Virus record (IMG/VR): IMGVR_UViG_3300042402_001868
Span: 64,001-128,000 of that record
Length of the DNA: 64,000 bases
Source: a virus
Strand: one strand, 5' to 3'
Shown here: positions 46,201-53,265 of the stretch, piece by piece
How the letters are laid out: every line of letters begins with the position of its first letter
How positions within the stretch are numbered: position 1 is the stretch's first letter
Position numbers and translations under genes: made by a program
The notes under the pieces: model-generated
What the model saw: only the letters and a program-made list of their open reading frames with translations
Databases searched by the model: none
What the model was told of the DNA's origin: nothing

Positions 46201-46397
46201 CTCTGCATCCCCCGGCGGTAATTATAGTACAGGAAGATATGACGCTATCATACCCCCTATAAGTACCTTCCACCCGCTTCCCGACAGGGACCGTTCTCGC
46301 ATTGCTAGCGGCCTTTGGGTTTAAAGACTACCACCCGTAGTTGTCACACTACTTCTCATCCTGCGGGTCACAGTATCCGGAGACACCCGGAACGTTC
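46201..46397 (-). ncRNA. Unknown structured RNA candidate E (~197 nt)
   Basis: GC-rich, multiple hairpins and a long-range ACCCGC/GCGGGT match; starts right after tRNA-Tyr CCA. Confidence 0.5.
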
Positions 46398-46482
46398 TGG
46401 TGGAGATGATAGGGATCGAACCTATCGTGACCGAAGTCGGAGGAGTTACAGTCCCCTGCCACACCATTGCGGCGGCATCTCC
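46398..46482 (-). tRNA. tRNA-Tyr(GUA)
   Basis: Loop CTGTAAC; variable arm; ACCA. Confidence 0.92.
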
Positions 46483-46487
46483 ATGTA

Positions 46488-46562
46488 TGGTACTCGATAG
46501 CGGAGTCGAACCGCTCTTGCCTGGATGAAAACCAGATGTCCTAACCGATAGACGAATCGAGC
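46488..46562 (-). tRNA. tRNA-Glu(UUC)
   Basis: TCTGG-TTTTCAT-CCAGG; CCA. Confidence 0.95.
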
Positions 46563-46570
46563 AAATAAGG

Positions 46571-46635
46571 GAGAGCCACGGTTGCAGGACCTAGTGCTTC
46601 GTTACCAAAGGAAGTATCCAGGCGATGTGGCTCTC
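46571..46635 (-). ncRNA. Unknown small structured RNA candidate F (65 nt)
   Basis: GAGAGCCAC/GTGGCTCTC stem with an inner CCTGG/CTAGG stem. Confidence 0.4.
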
Positions 46636-46641
46636 AAAACT

Positions 46642-46716
46642 TGGCGGTCTGTGGGAGAATCGAACTCCCGTAAGTGGATAGACAATCCACAGTAATAACC
46701 TCTATACGAACAGACC
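46642..46716 (-). tRNA. tRNA-Asp(GUC)
   Basis: GTGGA-TTGTCTA-TCCAC; GCCA; unusual U37. Confidence 0.92.
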
Positions 46717-46724
46717 AAAATCTA

Positions 46725-46939
46725 CTATATTAAAAAATACTAAAGGAACCATTGTGCATCTATGTCTACCTATACAACCGTCTTGTATAGGCCTGCACGG
46801 TCATTACTGCCTACATGCTCCGCCGCTTTTCTGGACATTTCTGCCCGGTTTCATAGACCTAGATTGAGCGTGGGCGGCCCCACTGTCCTCGCCTTAGATC
46901 CCTAACGGTGTAGGTAACCTTTAATACATTTTAATATAG
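46725..46939 (-). ncRNA. Unknown structured RNA candidate G (215 nt)
   Basis: ~20-bp terminal stem; GGGCA-GAAA-TGTCC and CCTATACAA/TTGTATAGG hairpins. Confidence 0.5.
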
Positions 46940-46973
46940 CAACCCTTGCGGGCTACTACAAGAAAAACTTAAC

Positions 46974-47006
46974 TTTTTAAAGAACATCTAGTTAATTTCT
47001 AACTAG
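46974..47006 (-). promoter_or_regulatory. boxB-like hairpin plus boxA antitermination signal
   Basis: CTAGTTA-GAAAT-TAACTAG followed by TGTTCTTTAAAAA. Confidence 0.6.
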
Positions 47007-47011
47007 TCTCT

Positions 47012-47040
47012 AGTATAGCACAATGTCAATATCTAGTCAA
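47012..47040 (-). promoter_or_regulatory. sigma70 promoter (proximal) of the tRNA array
   Basis: TTGACT-N17-TATACT with extended TG. Confidence 0.75.
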
Positions 47041-47109
47041 CTTGTTTTTGCAAGTCCCTTCACTTTAGAAGGATTCTGTTAAGAACACCTTGTTTCTTAA
47101 CTTGTTTCT

Positions 47110-47138
47110 ATTGTAGCAAATTGCGAATATTGCGTCAA
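47110..47138 (-). promoter_or_regulatory. sigma70 promoter (distal) of the tRNA array
   Basis: TTGACG-N17-TACAAT with extended TG. Confidence 0.75.
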
Positions 47139-47146
47139 CCTCCAAT

Positions 47147-47172
47147 AAAAAACCCGCTTAGTGCGGGTTTTT
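47147..47172. terminator. Bidirectional intrinsic terminator
   Basis: AAAAAACCCGC-TTAGT-GCGGGTTTTT. Confidence 0.85.
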
Positions 47173-47198
47173 ATAAATGTAATACTTTTGTTTACATT

Positions 47199-48098
47199 TT
47201 ATGCAACAAACGGAGTGTACTCAATTCCTGTTGTTGCTAACCCTACTAATCCAATTGTGGTTTCAAAAGCTGCCAACTCACTTGCGGCTACTAAAACATC
47301 TGCTTGGCTCAAATTGCTACTAGTCATCCAAGCTGTGTAATCGGTAACCTGGGTCAATGTAGCATCTGTACCAAATACGTTTTTGTAAACATGCTTGATA
47401 AATGTTTCATTACTGACACCACCAGCATCTGTTTTGTAAGTGTCTGTGGCCAATAATGCTGTTGCTAGTTCTTTGTTGGTCCATCCTGAATCAGCAAGGT
47501 GTATACCAATGCCTTTGTATGCGTTGGTTACGTCAGCTGTGCCAAGTGCGGCTGCCAACAATGCGTATACATCGCCGGCACGGCCTGCGGCATCATAAGC
47601 AACGGCCTTGTCAGTGAACACCACACGCTCATGGTCAGCAAGATTGAATTCCATGTTAGAAACTAGAGTACTTGCCAAGGTAACCTTAGCGGCAGTTTTA
47701 GTTGTGGTGAACTCTGTGCTTGCACCGCCCATGGTGTAAGTGTCAACACCTGCGGTACCAGTGACATCTACAACAACGTCAACGGTGCCATCACCTGCAC
47801 GACCTGTACCCACTACGCCGAATGTGGCAACTTTACCTAGTGTGCCAACAGTGGCCACTGTAACGATCAAGTTGTTGGCTACCGTGCCGCCTAATGCTGT
47901 TCCAGCAAGAGTGATTGTATCACCTGCTACATAGCCGCGACCTGCACTTGCGGCAAGGCTGTCTAATACAACGGAATATACGCCGTTGGTTTTTGTAACA
48001 TCAAATGCGGCCTCAACTCCTGCACCACCTGTTAATCCAGTGATGTTTTGATAGGTAGCGTTTACTGCTTTGTCTTTGATTGTAATTGTTGTTGTCAT
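47199..48098 (-). CDS. Thr/Ala/Gly-rich surface-protein-like ORF with DUF4214-like C-terminus
   Basis: GYVAGDTITLAGTALGG beta motif; ERVVFTDKAVAYD..VYALL.AA..SNETFIKHVYKNVFG..LVAASE. Confidence 0.7.
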   Translation of the reverse strand: MTTTITIKDKAVNATYQNITGLTGGAGVEAAFDVTKTNGVYSVVLDSLAASAGRGYVAGDTITLAGTALGGTVANNLIVTVATVGTLGKVATFGVVGTGRAGDGTVDVVVDVTGTAGVDTYTMGGASTEFTTTKTAAKVTLASTLVSNMEFNLADHERVVFTDKAVAYDAAGRAGDVYALLAAALGTADVTNAYKGIGIHLADSGWTNKELATALLATDTYKTDAGGVSNETFIKHVYKNVFGTDATLTQVTDYTAWMTSSNLSQADVLVAASELAAFETTIGLVGLATTGIEYTPFVA

Positions 48099-48127
48099 TA
48101 TTTTTCCTTGTAAAATGAATATCAACT

Positions 48128-48156
48128 AGTATATAGCGTTTATACTAATAAGTCAA
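48128..48156 (-). promoter_or_regulatory. sigma70-type promoter
   Basis: TTGACT-N17-TATACT. Confidence 0.7.
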
Positions 48157-48157
48157 A

Positions 48158-48186
48158 GAAAAAGGGCACAAAAATGCCCTTTTTTT
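48158..48186. terminator. Intrinsic terminator after tmRNA
   Basis: AAAAAGGGCA-CAAAAA-TGCCCTTTTTTT. Confidence 0.85.
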
Positions 48187-48506
48187 GGTGGTTTCTGTTA
48201 CGAGGTATTTCCTACCCTAGGCTGAGTTCAGGCAGCCAAAGCGAACTGTTCGTCGTTTGCATTTACGTGTTTTGCTTCTCCGACCGGGAGACCCCTGTCC
48301 TAACGGCTTCTACATTGCCGGACTGTCCATTTCCGTACTCTTGACCCAATCGATATCTATGTCAGGCCCATCAAAAACACACTAGAACTAAGATTTTCGC
48401 AGTCAAGTTTTAGAGTACTCGTACTACGCCAATGTGCTTATGGTGGACCTGCCGGGAACTGCCCCCGGGTCTTGAATCCTTTTCTGTCTACTTCATACAG
48501 TCTTAA
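48186..48506 (-). ncRNA. ssrA: Two-piece (circularly permuted) tmRNA, tag ANDEQFALAA
   Basis: T-arm CCGGG-GGCAGTT-CCCGG and AGGTCC-ACCA (ends 48441) precede the GGGCCTGAC coding piece (starts 48369); tag ORF 48260-48228. Outer ends approximate. Confidence 0.92.
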
Positions 48507-48580
48507 CTTGTATTTAAACATATCTTCGAATTATTGTCAACCTCTAATCACAGCATAATTACATACAGCAAGGACAACAT

Positions 48581-49288
48581 ATGATTTATTTTGATGGTGA
48601 TAGTCACACATACGGGGAAGAATTAGAAAACCCTGCGCAGGAAAGTTTTCCAAAAATCTTGTCAGAAAAACTAGGACATGAATTTGTAAACTTAGCCGAA
48701 TCTGGATGTGCCAATGATGAAATCATGAGAAGGGTACATCGTTACCTGGCACAGTGCAAAGAAAAAAATCAATACCCAGACATGATAATCATTGGTTGGA
48801 CTGAAGTTGACCGCGAAACATGGTTCCTTAACGGTGTGGGAAAATCTGTTGAAACATACAAATTAACCGCAACAGATGCACATAAACTGAACCCTGAGAG
48901 GCTTGCTAAATTTAGAAAAAATGTCAAATACAACGGTATGTATATTGCTGCCATGACACACTATTGGTACAATCAAGTTTTTAATTTACATTGTGAACTT
49001 GAACTGTTAAAAATTCCGCACTTGTTTTTTCATGGCTGTCCAAATTGGTTAAAAAAGTGGAATGACATCCGTAGTTGGAATATTGTAAAAATGGACAATA
49101 TCACCACATATCCGTGGAATAATACTTTTATAAATCAGACAGATCCTGATTTTAGCATGTTTCAATGGACCACTGCTCGTGGACATCCACACACCAAATA
49201 TGATCACGTTGGACCTCTAGCACATGTTGAATGGGCCGAGTTGTTGTACAACCACATACAACAGCATGCTCTGCTAGATCAATTGTGA
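48581..49288 (+). CDS. SGNH/GDSL-like protein
   Basis: GDSHTYG, NLAESGCAND, GWT..R and DHVG..AH. Confidence 0.7.
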   Translation: MIYFDGDSHTYGEELENPAQESFPKILSEKLGHEFVNLAESGCANDEIMRRVHRYLAQCKEKNQYPDMIIIGWTEVDRETWFLNGVGKSVETYKLTATDAHKLNPERLAKFRKNVKYNGMYIAAMTHYWYNQVFNLHCELELLKIPHLFFHGCPNWLKKWNDIRSWNIVKMDNITTYPWNNTFINQTDPDFSMFQWTTARGHPHTKYDHVGPLAHVEWAELLYNHIQQHALLDQL

Positions 49289-49809
49289 CTGTCATTGTCC
49301 CATTCTTTTGGAATCCAGCCTAGTCGAAATAGGTCTGCTCGTATTTCGTCAGTAACTGTGCCCTCTGGCACATGTCCTAGGTTCACCCATTGTTCATCGG
49401 GTTCACCTTGTATTCCTGAACAATACCAATCAATATAGTCACCTTGTTCGCGCATGTCTGCCACAATGCCTCCTGCATGGCGCCAACTGGCACTCCACCG
49501 CTGATCCCGGATCAATGGCCATACTTTGTTCTTTACAAACTGCATGTTGCACATGGCCGCATACAAGTTTTGAGCATAAGAGGCATTGCTTTTAACTTTG
49601 TCACAGATCCACTTGGTGCTACGCAGGTCGTATTCCATGTTGTCTTTTTGCCATTCAGGATCTACTATATTAGCTTCAGCTTGTTCTTTAGCTGTTTTCC
49701 ACATGTTAATATAAATTTCTGGAACTTCTTTGCCATCTTGTTTGGCTCGCTCTTTTGCACTCTCAAGTTGGAAGGTATGGCGCTCGGGACTGCTGTTTAC
49801 TTTGGTCAT
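49279..49809 (-). CDS. Hypothetical phage protein
   Basis: 176-aa ORF. Confidence 0.75.
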   Translation of the reverse strand: MTKVNSSPERHTFQLESAKERAKQDGKEVPEIYINMWKTAKEQAEANIVDPEWQKDNMEYDLRSTKWICDKVKSNASYAQNLYAAMCNMQFVKNKVWPLIRDQRWSASWRHAGGIVADMREQGDYIDWYCSGIQGEPDEQWVNLGHVPEGTVTDEIRADLFRLGWIPKEWDNDSHN

Positions 49810-49819
49810 GATATAAAAA

Positions 49820-49906
49820 TGGTACGAGTGACCGGAATTGAACCGGTACGCCTTTTAAAGCGAGAGATTTTAAGTCTCTTGTGTCTACCTATTTCACCAC
49901 ACTCGC
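49820..49906 (-). tRNA. tRNA-Leu(UAA)
   Basis: AGAGA-CTTAAAA-TCTCT; variable arm; ACCA. Confidence 0.95.
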
Positions 49907-49913
49907 TTGTGCA

Positions 49914-50075
49914 TTAACCGCCCCTGCCAGTGACCTTTTTAACAGGTTTGCCCACAGGCTGTGGCGCTGTTGCTTTCTTAACTGACTTGGAACCTTTAGC
50001 AGGTTTTGCATCAGGATGTTGTGCGGCATGCTTTTTTTCCAATGCCGCTTTTACTGCTGTGATATATGAAGCCAT
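49914..50075 (-). CDS. Small Lys/Ala/Pro-rich basic protein (53 aa)
   Basis: Read directly: MASYITAVKAALEKKHAAQHPDAKPAKGSKSVKKATAPQPVGKPVKKVTGRGG; AGGAG RBS. Confidence 0.7.
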   Translation of the reverse strand: MASYITAVKAALEKKHAAQHPDAKPAKGSKSVKKATAPQPVGKPVKKVTGRGG

Positions 50076-50109
50076 ACTGTTCTCCTAGTGTCTGTTATTT
50101 AACAGGGCA

Positions 50110-50184
50110 TGGTCCGGCCACTAGGAATCGAACCTAGATTGACGGCTTAGAAGGCCGCTGTATTATCCATTATACTATGGCCAG
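50110..50184 (-). tRNA. tRNA-Arg(UCU)
   Basis: GCGGC-CTTCTAA-GCCGT; CCA. Confidence 0.95.
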
Positions 50185-50189
50185 ACAAT

Positions 50190-50549
50190 TTAATCCCAAT
50201 GCATCCGGTTGTTCATCTGATAGAAAAAATCTTTTTCTAACTCATACATATCTGATGGACTCAATCTAAAGTGTTGACTATTACCCAGTCTTGATACTGA
50301 AAATCTAACATAGCTAGCAGGTTCGCAGTTGGGTCGCGGTGCATGATGTTTGTTAATTACCAACCAGTTGTGTCCGTTAACTTCGGCATTGAATCCTGTT
50401 TCTTTGTTCCAGTTGGCCAGCATGTCGGCCATCTGATCTGTGGTCATGTGATACCCTTGAGCATAGGTGTCGCTAACTCTTATAGAGAGGTCAACCCGCT
50501 TTTGCTCTTTGAACACATATAGTTTTAAAGTTTTGGTAAAGTTTAACAT
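50190..50549 (-). CDS. Hypothetical protein
   Basis: 119-aa ORF between two tRNAs. Confidence 0.65.
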   Translation of the reverse strand: MLNFTKTLKLYVFKEQKRVDLSIRVSDTYAQGYHMTTDQMADMLANWNKETGFNAEVNGHNWLVINKHHAPRPNCEPASYVRFSVSRLGNSQHFRLSPSDMYELEKDFFYQMNNRMHWD

Positions 50550-50560
50550 TTAGAATTAAT

Positions 50561-50637
50561 TGGTGCGCCCACAAGGACTTGAACCTTGGACCAAAGGATT
50601 ATGAGTCCTCTGCTCTGACCAACTGAGCTATAGGCGC
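50561..50637 (-). tRNA. tRNA(CAU), probably Ile2 (lysidine-type)
   Basis: GA-CTCATAA-TC anticodon arm as in bacterial Ile2; third CAU tRNA in the window. Confidence 0.85.
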
Positions 50638-50645
50638 ATTGTTTT

Positions 50646-50674
50646 ATTGTACAAGGAAAACTATTTATAGTCAA
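50646..50674 (-). promoter_or_regulatory. sigma70 promoter with embedded TATAAATA
   Basis: TTGACT-N17-TACAAT. Confidence 0.7.
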
Positions 50675-50796
50675 CCCATTTGACGGATCTCTACCACCTG
50701 ATACCGACTATAAGGATAGCGTTCCTGCAACCATTCCAGCAGGCCTTCTTCCCAGGGAAGCACCACAGTCTCGGCGGAGTTTACAATCACCTTCAT
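50671..50796 (-). CDS. Small hypothetical protein (41 aa)
   Basis: MKVIVNSAETVVLPWEEGLLEWLQERYPYSRYQVVEIRQMG; ATGA-coupled. Confidence 0.55.
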   Translation of the reverse strand: MKVIVNSAETVVLPWEEGLLEWLQERYPYSRYQVVEIRQMG

Positions 50797-50915
50797 AACA
50801 GGGACTTGATGTAGGCAATCACAGCCCGAGCTTCTGTGAAGTCTGTGATCTCGGGTGCAAGGGCCTCGTATCTGTAAGAGGTCCAGGCCAGTCGGCTAAA
50901 GTCTGCTCGTTTCAT
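50793..50915 (-). CDS. Small hypothetical protein (40 aa)
   Basis: MKRADFSRLAWTSYRYEALAPEITDFTEARAVIAYIKSLL; ATGA-coupled at both ends. Confidence 0.55.
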   Translation of the reverse strand: MKRADFSRLAWTSYRYEALAPEITDFTEARAVIAYIKSLL

Positions 50916-51232
50916 GCTGTTATCCAATCAGTGTTATCTTTTATTTCAATGTTTTCTGCACCGTCGTATTCTCCAATCCGAAACTCAGTGCCCTCGGGCA
51001 ACCAGGCCACAGCCAAGTCTTTCATGCCACCTGTGTAGAGACCTGGATACTTGAGTGTGACATAAGTTTCCATCTCAGCCCACTGCTCAGTTTCCACAAA
51101 CGTCACAATGGCCGGATCAAACACAAGTTCTGGCACTTCCTTGTTCCAAGTCGACCAGCCTGCACCGAACCCTGGCGAGTATAGCACAGCCACTTTGCCG
51201 TTGTCAACCAACTTAGTAATATTCTTTGTCAT
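50912..51232 (-). CDS. Hypothetical phage protein
   Basis: VAVLYSPGFGAGWSTW..EYDGAE. Confidence 0.75.
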   Translation of the reverse strand: MTKNITKLVDNGKVAVLYSPGFGAGWSTWNKEVPELVFDPAIVTFVETEQWAEMETYVTLKYPGLYTGGMKDLAVAWLPEGTEFRIGEYDGAENIEIKDNTDWITA

Positions 51233-51617
51233 AGTCAGCGTCCGTTTCAATATCCACATGCCCAAACCTGAGTAGGCCTAGGCTTACCTTTCTAACTTCA
51301 AATGGTTGTGCAAATTCTACAATGGCTCCCAGACTTTCAATGTCATCGTAAGTGGGGTCGCGTATGTCTTCAACTTGGATACAACCAATAGATCCCGAGT
51401 CCACCATGTGTTCGGTACCAATGTTGCTGTTGTATGTGCCGTCACCCCAGGCTGTGCCAAAGCTGGCAAAACGACGACCGTCTTTTAATGTAAACTCACC
51501 TTCAACACCACGACCTTCGTGCCGAGGTGGAAAGAACATAGCACATGCCTCATCCCATTCTGGGTGCATGACATAGCACAAGTCACCAATGTAATATCGT
51601 CCTGCTGGCATGGTCAT
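51213..51617 (-). CDS. Hypothetical phage protein
   Basis: AGGAG RBS; GRYYIGDLCYV..TAWGDG..VDSGSIG. Confidence 0.75.
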   Translation of the reverse strand: MTMPAGRYYIGDLCYVMHPEWDEACAMFFPPRHEGRGVEGEFTLKDGRRFASFGTAWGDGTYNSNIGTEHMVDSGSIGCIQVEDIRDPTYDDIESLGAIVEFAQPFEVRKVSLGLLRFGHVDIETDADYDKEYY

Positions 51618-51618
51618 T

Positions 51619-51849
51619 TTACCACTCCTTTTTGTCGCCGGTGGCTTCGTTGTTGCGATAGCCTGCGGTGTATGCCACAATCTCTGCCGGTGTCATTTGC
51701 GCCATATCAATTCTAGGACTGCGGTGAGTGTCTCTCACAAAGTAATGCGGCATATAGTCACGACCGTAATAGCTGTCAGCAACTCCACGATCGTAAGGGC
51801 CGCCGTGACGTTGATCGTAATAACCAGATTGTGTGTGTTCTGCTAACAT
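51619..51849 (-). CDS. Hypothetical phage protein
   Basis: AAGGAG RBS before MLAEHTQ. Confidence 0.7.
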   Translation of the reverse strand: MLAEHTQSGYYDQRHGGPYDRGVADSYYGRDYMPHYFVRDTHRSPRIDMAQMTPAEIVAYTAGYRNNEATGDKKEW

Positions 51850-51859
51850 AGTTTTCTCC

Positions 51860-52234
51860 TTAAGCCGCTTTGCGGAAGTATTGATAGGGCAAGCCCAGAA
51901 TCCAGGCCAGGTAATCGTTGTCGCCGTTAGTCTCTTCGGCTTCGTGAATCCAACGCATGGCCATTTCCGAGTCTTTAGCACCGGTACTGATCAATTCAGC
52001 AACACGGCGTTCAAACAACTCAACCGCCTTGGACTCTGCCGCCTTACGGGCAGTCTCTTCACGGTCAATAGCTTGACCCAAGATCACAAACTCTTCCTGA
52101 AACTGCTCAAGAGTCCAGCTAGAGGTGTCAACACCACGTGGACGGAAGCCATATGCATCCTTGTGCATATCCCAGTAAGTGGCCTGGGCTTGTTCCAATT
52201 CTGTCATGTCTTCCCAAGATGTAAATTCTGTCAT
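51860..52234 (-). CDS. Hypothetical early protein
   Basis: TAAGGAG RBS within the repeated cassette. Confidence 0.75.
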   Translation of the reverse strand: MTEFTSWEDMTELEQAQATYWDMHKDAYGFRPRGVDTSSWTLEQFQEEFVILGQAIDREETARKAAESKAVELFERRVAELISTGAKDSEMAMRWIHEAEETNGDNDYLAWILGLPYQYFRKAA

Positions 52235-52238
52235 TTGT

Positions 52239-52298
52239 GGCTCCTTATTTCTTACTATGTTCATATTATAGCAAATCGGCAATTATTGGTCAACCAAA
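52239..52298 (-). repeat. 60-bp promoter+RBS cassette, copy 1
   Basis: Identical to 52523-52582; contains TTGACC-N17-TATAAT and TAAGGAG. Confidence 0.92.
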
Positions 52299-52299
52299 T

Positions 52300-52518
52300 T
52301 TAAATTGCTTGGGAGTACCAACCTTCACGCTCAATCTTGCGATTGGCACGGAGAATTGTATTACGGGCTTTATCAACACCAGGTGTTGAACTTGATGCAT
52401 AGATGCTACCGTTGGCTTGAAGAAACGCAACCGCATTGTGCTTGGCCTGATAGGTTTTCAGTGCCACTGCAGGGATCAACATTGTTCGACCGTTTACAGG
52501 GGTAAAAGTAACTTTCAT
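52300..52518 (-). CDS. Hypothetical early protein
   Basis: Flanked by the two 60-bp repeats. Confidence 0.7.
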   Translation of the reverse strand: MKVTFTPVNGRTMLIPAVALKTYQAKHNAVAFLQANGSIYASSSTPGVDKARNTILRANRKIEREGWYSQAI

Positions 52519-52522
52519 TTCG

Positions 52523-52582
52523 GGCTCCTTATTTCTTACTATGTTCATATTATAGCAAATCGGCAATTATTGGTCAACCAAA
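52523..52582 (-). repeat. 60-bp promoter+RBS cassette, copy 2
   Basis: Identical to 52239-52298. Confidence 0.92.
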
Positions 52583-52596
52583 ATGCAGTGTTGTAA

Positions 52597-52935
52597 TTAA
52601 ACAACACCACGCACATCTGTGTTCAAATTGGGTTTGTGCTCACGGATCAATTCACGCTCTAATTTGTGAGCGTCGGTTTTGCCACGCACAACATCCACAA
52701 CCACCAAGTTAAATGTGTCAACACCACGCTCACGCATGCACTCATATAGTGCCCAGGATTTGTCTTCTGAACGTGAGCGATATACGTGTTTGTTAAAACG
52801 CACTTGAGCACTCTTGTTAACAGTGCTTTCAGTCTTGGCAGTAACACCAATGTAGAAGTCGGCACCGCTTTGCAACATATAAATGATATGTGTACGATCG
52901 GTGCGCTTTTTACGTGATTGCTTTTTAAGTTCCAT
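52597..52935 (-). CDS. GIY-YIG nuclease-family protein
   Basis: IIY..FYIG..RF..H..ERELI..PNLN. Confidence 0.8.
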   Translation of the reverse strand: MELKKQSRKKRTDRTHIIYMLQSGADFYIGVTAKTESTVNKSAQVRFNKHVYRSRSEDKSWALYECMRERGVDTFNLVVVDVVRGKTDAHKLERELIREHKPNLNTDVRGVV

Positions 52936-52941
52936 ACAAGT

Positions 52942-52970
52942 ATTATAGCAAATCGGGCATTTCTGGTCAA
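52942..52970 (-). promoter_or_regulatory. sigma70 promoter, 6 nt before the ATG (leaderless geometry)
   Basis: TTGACC-N17-TATAAT-acttgt-ATG. Confidence 0.8.
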
Positions 52971-53006
52971 CTAAAATCCACATGTTGTACAAAAACAACA
53001 TGCTGA

Positions 53007-53069
53007 ATTATAGTGGATTATAGTTAATTATAGTGGGATTATCGATAATATTATCGGGGATTATCGATT
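53007..53069. repeat. Six ATTAT(A/C)G units at 10-12-bp spacing
   Basis: Units start at 53007, 53017, 53027, 53038, 53050 and 53060. Confidence 0.75.
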
Positions 53070-53265
53070 AGGGTACTTTATATGGGCCTGCATATACGGT
53101 ATAATTACCAGATTCGGGGATGGGTTCATTATAGATTTTCATGAATAGTAATGCCTCTCCACGAAATTTAAAATATACTTCATCAATTATGTTACTACTT
53201 GTTTGATTATCAGTATGCTCTACTAGATTAACCCGCCATAATCCGGAAAAGTTTATGTCAGTCAT
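53068..53265 (-). CDS. Small hypothetical protein
   Basis: ATGA-coupled. Confidence 0.6.
   Translation of the reverse strand: MTDINFSGLWRVNLVEHTDNQTSSNIIDEVYFKFRGEALLFMKIYNEPIPESGNYTVYAGPYKVP

Noticed and set aside
38049-46500. Track ORFs 38049-38399, 40396-40626, 46315-46500 and the N-terminal extensions of 40690-41538 and 44660-45886
   Set aside because: They overlap tRNA genes.
37700-50700. Prophage attachment site at a tRNA
   Set aside because: No integrase and no duplicated tRNA 3' end seen; the array appears phage-encoded.
51860-53001. Shared N-terminal peptide MPICYNMNIVRNKEP in track ORFs
   Set aside because: It is a translation of the repeated promoter-RBS DNA; true starts follow the SD or the -10 box.
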